From positions 13,609 through 77,608 of the forward strand of contig DAHUXH010000001.1 in assembly GCA_027307235.1 (NCBI GenBank): 64,000 nucleotides of DNA, written 5' to 3'. This DNA is from Vulcanimicrobiota bacterium (GTDB lineage: Bacteria > Vulcanimicrobiota > Vulcanimicrobiia > Vulcanimicrobiales > Vulcanimicrobiaceae). Under the pieces are notes generated by a model. That model saw only the letters and a program-made list of their open reading frames with translations, had not been told where the DNA came from and made no database searches. Of the stretch, positions 9,061-18,212 are shown one piece after another (position 1 is the stretch's first letter; every line of letters begins with the position of its first letter). Both the position numbers and the translations under genes were made by a program.

Positions 9061-11421
9061 ATGATCGACTTGCGGATCGCTCGCGCGCGCATCGACGAAC
9101 TCGACGTGTATTGGCGCGCGGCCGATTACCTGGGCGCGGCGCAGTTGTACCTGCGCGGCAACGCGCTGCTCCGCGAACCGCTGGCTCCGCACCACCTCAA
9201 GGAGCGCCCGCTCGGCCACTGGGGCACGCAACCTGGCCTCAATGCGGTCTATACACACCTCAACCGCCTGATCTCGGAGACCGGGGCCAAGATCATGCTC
9301 GTCGTCGGCCCCGGACATGGCGCACCGGCGATTCTCGCCAACCTCTATCTCGAGGGAACGCTCGCGCTGTACGAACCACGTTTCGCATACGGCGAAGCCG
9401 GACTCACGCATCTCGTGCGCAGCTTCTCGTGGCCGGGCGGCATGCCGAGCCACGTCACCGCTATGACGCCCGGCGCAATACACGAAGGCGGCGAACTCGG
9501 ATACTGCCTCTCGCACGCCTACGGAGCCGCGCTCGACAATCCCGATCTGCTCGTCGCCTGCATCATCGGCGACGGCGAGGCGGAGACCGGACCGCTGGCC
9601 GCGTCGTGGTTCTGCAATCGGTTCCTCGACCCGCGAACGAGCGGTGCGGTGCTCCCGATCCTGCATGTCAACGGTTACAAACTTTCAGGACCGACCGTGC
9701 TCGGCCGCATGAGTGACGAAGAGATCGGCGCATACCTGACCGGGCTTGGATACGATCCGCTGATCGTTCACGGCGAGCACCTGGCGACGCTGCACGTCGA
9801 TCTGTGGAGCGCGCTCGACCGCGGGTACGCGCGTATCAGCGAGATCCAGCAGCGCGCACGCACCAGGAATACGGTCGCATCGCCATGCTGGCCGGTCATC
9901 GTTCTGCGAACGGAAAAAGGCATCACCGGTCCGGCTTACGTCGATGGAGTTCCCTGCGCTGGGAGCTGGCACTCGCACGGGCTTCCCTTCGACGATCCCG
10001 CGAGCAACGCGCAGCATCGAACCTTGCTCGAGGCCTGGCTGCGTTCGTATCGTCCAGATGAACTCTTCGACGAGCGCGGCTTCCCCAACGACCTCGTGCT
10101 CGAATCGCTGCCACGCCCGGAGCTGCGCATGGGGCGCAACCGGCATACCAACGGCGGCACGCTGCTTCGTCCGCTCGTATTGCCGCCGCTCGACCGCTTC
10201 GCCGTCGACATCGAAGAACACGGCCGGCCGGCCCTGTCCGCGACCGCGCGTTTGGGTGACTACCTCGCACGTGTCTTTCAAGCCGACGCGTCATCACACA
10301 CGTTTCGCCTCTTCTGTCCCGACGAAACGACGTCAAACAAACTCGACGCGGTCTTTTCACAAACCGATCGCGCGTTTCTCTGGCCGCTCGAACCCGGTGA
10401 CGAAGCGCTTTCACCTGACGGGCGCGTCATCGAGGTGCTGAGCGAACATACCTGCGAGGGCATGCTCGAAGGCTACATCCTGACCGGACGTCACGGCCTG
10501 CACGCCTGTTACGAGGGGTTCATCTCCATCGTCGACTCGATGATCCATCAGCACACAAAATGGCTCAAGATGAGCCGCGAAACGGCCTGGCGCGCACCGG
10601 TCGCGTCGTTGAACATCCTGCTCAGTTCACACGTATGGCGTCAGGACCACAACGGCTTCTCGCATCAGGGTCCGGGCTTCATCAACTCGCTGCTGACCAG
10701 TAAGGGCACATTCATTCGTATCTACCTCCCGCCCGACGCGAACACGCTGCTCTGCGCGACCGAACACTGCTTGCAGAGCCACGATCTGGTCAATCTCATC
10801 ATCGCCGGCAAGAACGAGATGCCGCAGTGGCTGGACGTCGCGCAGGCGCGCCTGCATTGCGCGCGCGGTGCGTCGATCTGGGATTGGGCGAGTACGGCGG
10901 TCGATGATCCTGAGGTCATCCTCGCATCGTCGGGCGACGTGCCGACGATGGAAGCGCTCGCGGCGATCACGCTCGTGCGCACCCACGTTCCGGATTTGCG
11001 CGTTCGCTTCGTGAACGTCGTGGACCTCATGACGCTGCCGTCGAGCGCCGATCATCCGCACGGGATGTCCGACGCGCACTTCGCCGAGATATTCGGAACG
11101 CAAACCCCCGTCATTTTCGCTTTTCACGGCTATCCGCGCGTGCTGCACGAACTGCTGTATCACCGCACAAATCCGCAGCGCTTTCACGTCCGCGGATACG
11201 AGGAAGAGGGAACGACCACGACGCCGTTCGACATGGTCGTGCGCAATCACATCAGCCGCTATCACCTCTTCCATGAACTCTTCCGGCGCGTACCGCGCTT
11301 CTCGTCGCGGATGCCGGAATTCGACGGCCAACTGCAGGGCTGGATCGAGCAACACCACGCGTACATCGTTGAACACGGCGTCGATGTGCCCGCGGTGACG
11401 ACGTGGAAGTGGAGCGATTAG
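9061..11421 (+). CDS. xfp: Xylulose-5-phosphate/fructose-6-phosphate phosphoketolase
   Basis: 786 aa. VYWRAADYLGAAQLYL, GHWGTQPGLN, IHEGGELGY, SSHVWRQDHNGFSHQGPGF. Full-length phosphoketolase pattern. Confidence 0.92.
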   Translation: MIDLRIARARIDELDVYWRAADYLGAAQLYLRGNALLREPLAPHHLKERPLGHWGTQPGLNAVYTHLNRLISETGAKIMLVVGPGHGAPAILANLYLEGTLALYEPRFAYGEAGLTHLVRSFSWPGGMPSHVTAMTPGAIHEGGELGYCLSHAYGAALDNPDLLVACIIGDGEAETGPLAASWFCNRFLDPRTSGAVLPILHVNGYKLSGPTVLGRMSDEEIGAYLTGLGYDPLIVHGEHLATLHVDLWSALDRGYARISEIQQRARTRNTVASPCWPVIVLRTEKGITGPAYVDGVPCAGSWHSHGLPFDDPASNAQHRTLLEAWLRSYRPDELFDERGFPNDLVLESLPRPELRMGRNRHTNGGTLLRPLVLPPLDRFAVDIEEHGRPALSATARLGDYLARVFQADASSHTFRLFCPDETTSNKLDAVFSQTDRAFLWPLEPGDEALSPDGRVIEVLSEHTCEGMLEGYILTGRHGLHACYEGFISIVDSMIHQHTKWLKMSRETAWRAPVASLNILLSSHVWRQDHNGFSHQGPGFINSLLTSKGTFIRIYLPPDANTLLCATEHCLQSHDLVNLIIAGKNEMPQWLDVAQARLHCARGASIWDWASTAVDDPEVILASSGDVPTMEALAAITLVRTHVPDLRVRFVNVVDLMTLPSSADHPHGMSDAHFAEIFGTQTPVIFAFHGYPRVLHELLYHRTNPQRFHVRGYEEEGTTTTPFDMVVRNHISRYHLFHELFRRVPRFSSRMPEFDGQLQGWIEQHHAYIVEHGVDVPAVTTWKWSD

Positions 11422-11891
11422 TGGAACTGCGTGACTCTGTTTCCGTCAATTGCTCGTGCGTGCAGGCCGAGCAGGCATTGCCGCGCGTCTTCGCAAGCCA
11501 CCGCGCCGCCGACGGATCGATCCGCTTGCCGCTGCGCGTGTCGTTACGTCATTTTGGGCTTCCCGACGAACTTGCGGTCGAACGCGACGTCACGGTTCAC
11601 GTGCGCAAGCAGCGGGACGAAGCCAACCTCAATGACATCTTCAAGATCGACTGGTCACCGGCAAACGACGGTCCGTATCCGTCCTTCTCGGGGTCGCTGA
11701 TCGTCTGGGGCGAAGACGATCCCAGACACTCGTTCATCGAAGTCATGGGCTCATACGAACCACCCTTCGGTACGATGGGTGAACTCTTCGACGCAGCCAT
11801 GGGCTATCGTATCGCCAAACATACCGCTCACGAATTCCTCATCGCACTTGCGTCGCAGATCGAACGCGTCGCCGCCGAAACCGCAGGGTGA
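11403..11891 (+). CDS. Hypothetical protein, coupled to xfp
   Basis: 162-aa ORF with good coding appearance. An in-frame GTG at 11421 overlaps the xfp stop (TAGTG), so the start is either 11403 or 11421. I recognise no motif. Confidence 0.5.
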   Translation: MEVERLVELRDSVSVNCSCVQAEQALPRVFASHRAADGSIRLPLRVSLRHFGLPDELAVERDVTVHVRKQRDEANLNDIFKIDWSPANDGPYPSFSGSLIVWGEDDPRHSFIEVMGSYEPPFGTMGELFDAAMGYRIAKHTAHEFLIALASQIERVAAETAG

Positions 11892-11894
11892 TCA

Positions 11895-12347
11895 TTGATG
11901 TTCAAACATATCTTCGTGGCCGTCGATGGATCGGAGTGCTCGCTGCAAGCCATGAAGGTGGCAGCGGGGCTCGCCAAGGAGCAAGGCTCGCAATGCACGG
12001 TGTGCAGCGTCGTCGACATCGTGCGCGCCGCATCCTCGATGGCGTTCGCGTATGGCGATATCGTCGATGCCTGGATCAAAGAACTTCAGCGAGAAGCGCA
12101 CGAGGTCGTTACCTCCGCGCAGGCAAGCGTCGCCGATCTTGGCGTTTCGCTCGGGGAGACGGTGGTTGAAGGCTACCCGGCCGATGCGATCGTCGATACG
12201 GCCTCTAGCGCGCATGCGGATCTCATCGTCATGGGCAGCCACGGCCGCTCGGGCTTTCGCCGGCTCTTTCTCGGCAGTGTCGCCGAATCGGTGCTGCGGC
12301 TGTCGCCGGTCCCGGTCCTCATCGTTAAGGAACAGCAGTCACCGTAG
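11895..12347 (+). CDS. Universal stress protein (UspA family)
   Basis: 150 aa. FKHIFVAVDGSECS...ADLIVMGSHGRSGFRRLFLGSVAESVLRLSPVPVLIV, the classic Usp ATP-binding G-2x-G-9x-G(S/T) region. Confidence 0.9.
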   Translation: MMFKHIFVAVDGSECSLQAMKVAAGLAKEQGSQCTVCSVVDIVRAASSMAFAYGDIVDAWIKELQREAHEVVTSAQASVADLGVSLGETVVEGYPADAIVDTASSAHADLIVMGSHGRSGFRRLFLGSVAESVLRLSPVPVLIVKEQQSP

Positions 12348-12842
12348 GCGTCTGGGTCGGCTTGGGCGGTAGGGGAACACCGCCCCCACATCGTGCGCGT
12401 GAGGCGCCAGGCGCGAGCGCACGCGCAGACGTGCTTTTCTCCAGATTTTCGCCCCGATGACGCGATAGTCGTTTTCACGAATATACAGCGGTGCGAGTTC
12501 AAACCGGTCGATTTCGTCATTTTCGAACAATCGCGAGCAACTCGACAGCACGTGCGTCAGTGTGGCTATCATCTGTGCGGTGAGCGGAACACCTTCGGTG
12601 TGCAATTGCTCGAGCATCGATTCGGCGGCGGTACCCGGCACCGGAGACAGACGCTCCACAGGCCTGTCGCCCGTGCTGATGACGATCTTGCGGGAGCCGT
12701 CACCTTCGACGATCCCCTCGATCCGCAACGGGATCCCCCGCTCGAGTTCGCCGTGGGCGAGATAACGCGCATCGGTAACGGGGACGTGAATGCCGTACTC
12801 ATCGAGCATGGTACGGACGTCGCGCCCACGCAATGGGATCAT
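12339..12842 (-). CDS. Hypothetical protein with truncated ATP-grasp-like ends (acetate-CoA ligase/succinyl-CoA synthetase beta-like)
   Basis: 167 aa. The N-terminus RDVRTMLDEYGIHVP and the C-terminal FELAPLYIRENDYRVIGAKI resemble the first and last segments of ATP-grasp_2/5 domains. The central nucleotide-binding part is missing. The start overlaps the hsp20 stop (ATGA). Confidence 0.4.
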   Translation of the reverse strand: MIPLRGRDVRTMLDEYGIHVPVTDARYLAHGELERGIPLRIEGIVEGDGSRKIVISTGDRPVERLSPVPGTAAESMLEQLHTEGVPLTAQMIATLTHVLSSCSRLFENDEIDRFELAPLYIRENDYRVIGAKIWRKARLRVRSRLAPHAHDVGAVFPYRPSRPRRLR

Positions 12843-13330
12843 GCGCCCTCGACCGTCACCTTCTGCGGGCGCGAGCCTTCCACGGGCTGCGCGGTGACCG
12901 TTAGAATCCCGTCTTTGAGCGTCGCGTGGATCGACTTCGGATCGATGGGCTCGGGCAACACGATGACGCGATGCAGCGCATTGCGGCGAATTTCCTTGAA
13001 ATGGTACTCGGCCTTGGACTCTTCGCGGCGTTCCTCTCGTTTGCCCGAGATCACGATGCGATTGTCGTAACCTTCCACCTCAATCTCGTTCTTGGCGAAT
13101 CCTGGGGCGGAAATCTCAGCGATATAGCTGCCGTCCTTTTCGTAGAGATCGGCCGGGAAGGTCGGACTGATCGCGCCCGCACCGATGTCGAACCATTGGT
13201 CCATCATACGGCGCATCGCTTCGAATTGTGAGTCGAAGAACGGAACCCCGGTCGGGCTGAACCAGCGTTCGAGCGGACGCCGTGTTTTCGGCTCGATGGT
13301 ACCGGTCGTGGTTTCAGTAGTCTGTGTCAT
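12839..13330 (-). CDS. Hsp20/alpha-crystallin family small heat-shock protein
   Basis: Start set at ATG 13330, with GGAGG 6-7 nt upstream. Alpha-crystallin core: ADLYEKDGSYIAEISAPGFAKNEIEVEGYDNRIVISGKR...RVIVLPEPIDPKSIHATLKDGILTV. Confidence 0.9.
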   Translation of the reverse strand: MTQTTETTTGTIEPKTRRPLERWFSPTGVPFFDSQFEAMRRMMDQWFDIGAGAISPTFPADLYEKDGSYIAEISAPGFAKNEIEVEGYDNRIVISGKREERREESKAEYHFKEIRRNALHRVIVLPEPIDPKSIHATLKDGILTVTAQPVEGSRPQKVTVEGA

Positions 13331-13521
13331 CGGGTGAACCTCCATCCCACAGTATGCGAAAGAGATACGCGCTTCTTGAGCAGTTCCGATGAACAATCCA
13401 TGAACCGCGCCTTCACCAAAACTGCGCATCCGTGACGTACCATGTCATCGGAAACGAGGCGCCGCCGGTTTGGGAGAATCGTGAGCGAACGCTCGTCTAC
13501 TATTCGAAGGAGTAAAGAACC

Positions 13522-14166
13522 ATGATCACCGATTCCGAGTTGCACCGCAACGTGCTTGACGAACTCGAATTCGAGCCGCGTGTCGATTCGCGCGACATCG
13601 GCATCGCCGTCAATGCCGGCATCGTGACGATGACCGGAAAGGTCCGCAGCTTCACCGAAAAATGGGCCGCCGAGGACGCTCTTAAACGCGTCGACGGAGT
13701 TCGCGGGTTAGCCAACGAGCTGATCGTCGAACTTGCAGGCACACATCAAGTCGACGACACTGACCTTGCACAGACCGCCTCGAATTTGCTGCGCTGGACT
13801 CCCGGTTGCGAAGACATTCAGGTGGCCGTGTCGCACGGCGTCATTACGTTGAACGGAGAGGTCGACTGGCAATATCAAAAATATGAAGCCGAACGACTCA
13901 TACGCCCACTGCGCGGCGTCATCTCCGTCAATAACGTGATCGAGCTGCGTCACCGTGTCGCACCCGCGGACGTCAAACGCCGCATCGAGGGCGAGTTTCA
14001 ACGAACCGCTAGCTTGGATGCCAAAGACATCGATGTGACGACGCACGATGGCGGCGTCAAACTGACCGGCACCGTGCATAGCTGGGCTGAACGCCAGAAC
14101 GCCGAACGCGCCGCCTGGTCGATTCCGGGCGTGATGCGTGTGGAGAACGAACTTGCGATTGCATAA
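13522..14166 (+). CDS. BON-domain protein (three BON-like repeats, OsmY-like, no signal peptide seen)
   Basis: 214 aa. The repeated pattern D..I.V.V..G.VTLTG.V occurs three times: IGIAVNAGIVTMTGKVRS, IQVAVSHGVITLNGEVD, IDVTTHDGGVKLTGTVHS. Confidence 0.8.
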   Translation: MITDSELHRNVLDELEFEPRVDSRDIGIAVNAGIVTMTGKVRSFTEKWAAEDALKRVDGVRGLANELIVELAGTHQVDDTDLAQTASNLLRWTPGCEDIQVAVSHGVITLNGEVDWQYQKYEAERLIRPLRGVISVNNVIELRHRVAPADVKRRIEGEFQRTASLDAKDIDVTTHDGGVKLTGTVHSWAERQNAERAAWSIPGVMRVENELAIA

Positions 14167-14635
14167 CATACTGCGCTGTGCGGGTGGAACCGCAGCGCTG
14201 ATCGCTCTTGCGCTCTCGCCGCTCGGGGCTCAAACGCCGGCTTTGCAACAGACTCCCGGATCCCAGATCGCGGTCACGTCGTGCGACGCTCATCGTCACG
14301 ACATCAGCCAGCGCCACGGCTGGATCGACCCATACGGCATCTACCACCCGGCCGCGATGGACTTTCCGTATGAAGACGCCTTCCTCGCCATCACCTACAA
14401 GAACACAGCGCAGGTGGCAGCGACTGAGATCGACTTCGGCTTGGTTGCGCGCAGTTCGCTGGTTGCCGTGGCGAAGGATGTCGGGACGTTCAGCACGGGA
14501 GCCGTGATCGATCACGAGTTTTCGATCAGTCGCCAAGTGTTGCCGCTCGGAACCGCATTTCCGTACTGCGCGGTATTACGCGTGAAATATGCCGACGGAC
14601 GAGTGTGGACCAACCCGAATCCTCCGGAAATCTAG
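14138..14635 (+). CDS. Secreted hypothetical protein
   Basis: 165 aa. Signal-peptide-like segment AGGTAALIALALSPLGAQ. Overlaps the BON gene end by 29 nt, so the true start may be further downstream. No recognisable motif. Confidence 0.45.
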   Translation: MWRTNLRLHNILRCAGGTAALIALALSPLGAQTPALQQTPGSQIAVTSCDAHRHDISQRHGWIDPYGIYHPAAMDFPYEDAFLAITYKNTAQVAATEIDFGLVARSSLVAVAKDVGTFSTGAVIDHEFSISRQVLPLGTAFPYCAVLRVKYADGRVWTNPNPPEI

Positions 14636-14653
14636 GCCCCAGGACCGCAACGG

Positions 14654-15694
14654 GTGCGCATTCTGTCTCTTGACACCGGGTCGTCATCGCTGAAGTTCAC
14701 CCTGTACGACGTCCAAGGAACGGCGTGCGCTCCGGTCTTTTCGGATGAACTCGTCGATCTCGATTCCTCGTGGAACGCTCAGACGGTCATCGAAAAGGTG
14801 TGGAGCGCATGCGGCCTGGCCGCGGCTGCAGCCGATGCCGCCGGTCATCGCATCGTCTTCGGAGGCCCTGAGCACCGTGGGCCGATGCGTGCGACACCGG
14901 GCCTCCTCGACGAGATCGAGCGCTACGTGCCGATAGAACCGCTCCATCTTCGAAGCGCGTTGGATGTCATCTACGAAGTTGCGCGCCGCATCCGAGATCT
15001 GCCGCAAGTGCTGTGTTTCGATACGGCGTTCCATCGTTCGATGCCGCCGATCGCCAAGCGTTTCCCGCTGCCCGGCGATATCGATCCCATCGTGCAGCGC
15101 TACGGATTTCATGGACTTTCATATGAATACGTCGTCGCACACGTTCGCGAGGCATCGATCGGGCGCGTCGTCATCGCGCATCTGGGCAACGGCGCGAGTT
15201 TAGCTGCGCTCGCGAACGGCATGCCGATCGACACGACCATGGGATTCAGCCCGCTCGGCGGATTGATGATGGGCACGCGCCCGGGCGACCTCGACCCGGG
15301 CGTGCTGTTGTATCTGCTGCGGTCCGGTTACGACGCCGCGTCGCTGACCGAGTTGCTGAACCGCCGCTGCGGATTAGCTGGCGTATCCGGTTCGACATCG
15401 AGCATGCAAGCGCTCCTCGCCGCCGCCGCAACCGACGCGCGGGCAGCGCAGGCCGTCGATCTCTTCGTCTATCAGTTGACCAAGCACATCGGCGGGATGA
15501 TCGCCGCGCTCGGCGGCCTCGACACACTGATCTTCACCGGCGGAATCGGCGAACACGCGCAACCGATTCGCTCGCGCGTCGAGCAGGCACTCGCCTACGC
15601 GCGCTGCCGCACGATGGTGGTGCGCACGGACGAGAATCTCATGATCGCGCGCCACACGGCGGCCATGCTAGCATCTACGGGCGCCTCGCGTTAG
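14654..15694 (+). CDS. ackA: Acetate kinase (short form)
   Basis: 346 aa, GTG start. ILSLDTGSSSLKF, FDTAFHRSMP, RYGFHGLSYEY, AHLGNGASL, GTRPGDLDPG, IFTGGIGEH, RTDENLMIA. These are the acetate/propionate kinase signatures. Confidence 0.85.
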   Translation: MRILSLDTGSSSLKFTLYDVQGTACAPVFSDELVDLDSSWNAQTVIEKVWSACGLAAAAADAAGHRIVFGGPEHRGPMRATPGLLDEIERYVPIEPLHLRSALDVIYEVARRIRDLPQVLCFDTAFHRSMPPIAKRFPLPGDIDPIVQRYGFHGLSYEYVVAHVREASIGRVVIAHLGNGASLAALANGMPIDTTMGFSPLGGLMMGTRPGDLDPGVLLYLLRSGYDAASLTELLNRRCGLAGVSGSTSSMQALLAAAATDARAAQAVDLFVYQLTKHIGGMIAALGGLDTLIFTGGIGEHAQPIRSRVEQALAYARCRTMVVRTDENLMIARHTAAMLASTGASR

Positions 15695-16857
15695 CGCGCG
15701 ACCGGCACTTGCCTCGCGCGAAGGACGCCATCAACGGTCTCGAGGTAGGCTTGCCCAACCTTCTCCCACGTCATCCCGTGTCCGAAGGCGTAGGCGCGCT
15801 TGGCCATGGCGTCGCGCGCGAGGTCGTGCTCGATGATGCGTGTGAATGCTGCCAGCGTCGCACCCGCGTCCGCGAACGGCACAAGGACGCCGCGTTCCAT
15901 CGCCAAGACTTCGCGTGCGTAGTCGTGCGGAGCCGACAGGACGGCTTTTCCCGCTCCCATCGCGTACGCCAGCGTTTCGTTCGTCACGTGTTCGACGTTT
16001 AAGAATGGACTCACGTAGACGTCGGTCGCCGCGAGGTAACGCACCACTTCAGGAAGCGTCAGGTGGCGGTCGATGGTCACGACGTTCATCTCGGCGTCAT
16101 AGCGGCGAATGAGCGCACGCAGTTCCTCGCGATACTCCTGGCGTTGCCGCATCGGGACGTTCGGGTGCGCCGACCCGGCGATCACGTAGAGCACGTCGGG
16201 GTGGCGACCCGCGACCGATGCAACGGCTTGGATGGCCGTCTCCAGACCCGCATCGCTTTCGGTCGCGCCGAACGTGGTCAACACGAAGCGCCCTTCGAAT
16301 CCCACTGAGTGCTTCATCTCAGCGGTCTGGGCGAATGCCAGATCGGGAACACCGTATGCAATAATGTCGACGAGCCGTGGATCGACGGAATAGCGTTCGA
16401 TCAGCAGGGCTGCCTCCGTTTCGGAGAACACGACCATCCGTTCGCTGCGGCTGCACAGAAATTGCGTGAGCGAGAGCTGGGTGGGCGTCGGATCGGCCCG
16501 TACGGTGTGCAATGTCAAGATGAACGGCTTGCGAAGCGCTTCCACCAGATCTGCCAGCCATGAGCCGTCCGGCCCGCCGTAGAGCCCGTATTCATGCTGG
16601 ATATTGAGCACGACCGATGGATGCTGATTCACGAACTGTGCGGTAGCGGCATAGCTGGCACGATCGAATTGATCCAGCCGAGCGACTATCTGTTTGGGGT
16701 AGAGATACTTCGTGTCTCGAGCGTCGTCGACAGCCACGATTTCGCTCGACGTTCCAAGCTGCGCATCGAACGCCGGCAACAGGCTTGCGGTGTAATTCGC
16801 AATGTTTGATTGCCGTGGTGGATACGCTCCCAGGAACAGTACTGGCGAATCGGACAT
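15691..16857 (-). CDS. Glycosyltransferase, GT-B fold (group 1/GT4-like)
   Basis: Start set at ATG 16857 (MSDSPVLFLGAYPP) with GGAGGG upstream. The C-terminal half has YLAATDVYVSPFLNVEHVTNETLAYAMGAGKAVLS, typical of the Glycos_transf_1 region. Confidence 0.75.
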   Translation of the reverse strand: MSDSPVLFLGAYPPRQSNIANYTASLLPAFDAQLGTSSEIVAVDDARDTKYLYPKQIVARLDQFDRASYAATAQFVNQHPSVVLNIQHEYGLYGGPDGSWLADLVEALRKPFILTLHTVRADPTPTQLSLTQFLCSRSERMVVFSETEAALLIERYSVDPRLVDIIAYGVPDLAFAQTAEMKHSVGFEGRFVLTTFGATESDAGLETAIQAVASVAGRHPDVLYVIAGSAHPNVPMRQRQEYREELRALIRRYDAEMNVVTIDRHLTLPEVVRYLAATDVYVSPFLNVEHVTNETLAYAMGAGKAVLSAPHDYAREVLAMERGVLVPFADAGATLAAFTRIIEHDLARDAMAKRAYAFGHGMTWEKVGQAYLETVDGVLRARQVPVAR

Positions 16858-16987
16858 GACACCCTCCGAGTGAAGCATCGCGTTTGGGTGCGAATCCATG
16901 AGGAAGATTCTTGGAAGGGCGGTTCTCCGGGTCTTCAAACGATGCGGCTACCATGACGGTGCGCCGGCACATTGCGGGGAGTTCTTC

Positions 16988-17761
16988 ATGAATCGAGTCC
17001 TGGGAAAAGTCGCGATCGTCACGGGCGGTGCAATGGGCATCGGGAAGGCCTGCGCCCTCATGCTGGCCCGCGAGGGCGCGATGGTGGTCGTCACCGACAT
17101 CGACGCTGCGAGCGGTGGTGCCGTCGCGGGACAAATCGAGCGCGAAAACGGCAAGGCGATCTTCGTGAAACACGACGTCGCCTCCGAGAGCGACTGGAGC
17201 GTTGTGATGCGCGACACGCTTGCCACGTTCGGACGCCTCGACGTCCTGGTGAACAACGCCGGGATCGGAACGGTCGGCACCATTGAAGAAGCGACGCTCG
17301 AAGCATGGCGTCACCTCATGAGCATCAACTGCGACGGCGTCTTCCTCGGCATGCGCTACGCGATCGCCGCCATGAAGGCGTCGGGCGGCGGATCGATTGT
17401 GAATCTTTCCTCGATCTTGGGGCTGGTCGGCGACGGCGTTGCCGCTGCCTACTGTTCGAGCAAAGGCGCCGTGCGCTTGATGAGCAAGTCGGCGGCGCTG
17501 CACTGCGCCAAGTCAGGGTACAAGATCCGGGTCAACTCGGTGCATCCCGGCTACATCGAAACGCCGATGGTCGAGCATTTTCTCGATCTTGCGGCTGAAC
17601 GGCGTGCTCAGACTCTCAAAGACATTGAAGCCCTGCATCCGCTGGGTCACATCGGTGACGCCAGCGACGTCGCGTACGGCGTGCTTTACTTGAGTTCGGA
17701 TGAATCGAAGTTCGTCACCGGCAGCGAACTCGTCATCGACGGGGGCTACACCGCTCAATAG
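16988..17761 (+). CDS. Short-chain dehydrogenase/reductase (classical SDR)
   Basis: Start at ATG 16988 (MNRVLGKVAIVTGGAMGIG). TGxxxGxG, NNAG and YCSSK (YxxxK) motifs are present. Confidence 0.9.
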   Translation: MNRVLGKVAIVTGGAMGIGKACALMLAREGAMVVVTDIDAASGGAVAGQIERENGKAIFVKHDVASESDWSVVMRDTLATFGRLDVLVNNAGIGTVGTIEEATLEAWRHLMSINCDGVFLGMRYAIAAMKASGGGSIVNLSSILGLVGDGVAAAYCSSKGAVRLMSKSAALHCAKSGYKIRVNSVHPGYIETPMVEHFLDLAAERRAQTLKDIEALHPLGHIGDASDVAYGVLYLSSDESKFVTGSELVIDGGYTAQ

Positions 17762-17762
17762 C

Positions 17763-18209
17763 ATGATCGAAATCCTCGCGGACGATGAGATCGAACAGAT
17801 GCTGAAGGAACAAAGCGTCGGGCGCCTGGCCGTGCATGCCGACGGACAAACCTACCTCGTTCCGATCGCCTATGCGTATGCGAACGGCTGCATCTATGGT
17901 CACTCAGCGGAGGGACGCAAGGTGCGCATGATGCGGAAAAATCCGTACGTTTGTTTCGAGGTCGATGCGGTCGGCGATCTCTTCACGTGGCGCAGCGTGA
18001 TCGCATGGGGCACGTTTGAAGAGCTTCACGGCGACGACGCCGACGAGGCCATGCACATTTTACTGCTGAGATTTCTGCCGATGAAAACGCATCCGACCGT
18101 GCGAAGCATGTCGCAGCCGCGCCCGGGCGTCGACCCGTCGGCGGCCATCATCTATCGCATTCATCTGACGGAGAAGACCGGTCGCTTTGAGCGAACGGCC
18201 TTGACGTAG
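17763..18209 (+). CDS. Pyridoxamine 5'-phosphate oxidase-family (flavin-binding split barrel) protein
   Basis: Start at ATG 17763 (MIEILADDEIEQMLKEQSVGRLAV...). The pattern GRLA....G..YLVP..Y.....IY.HSA.G.K is typical of the Pyridox_ox_2/PNPOx-like family. Confidence 0.7.
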   Translation: MIEILADDEIEQMLKEQSVGRLAVHADGQTYLVPIAYAYANGCIYGHSAEGRKVRMMRKNPYVCFEVDAVGDLFTWRSVIAWGTFEELHGDDADEAMHILLLRFLPMKTHPTVRSMSQPRPGVDPSAAIIYRIHLTEKTGRFERTALT

Positions 18210-18212
18210 ATC

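Noticed and set aside
13433-13447. TGAC-N7-GTCA imperfect dyad in the hsp20/BON divergent region, considered as a CRP/FNR- or DosR-like box
   Set aside because: Only the 4-bp half-sites match, and the inner bases are not symmetric. It does not resemble the FNR (TTGAT-N4-ATCAA) or DosR consensus. There is no second copy in the island.
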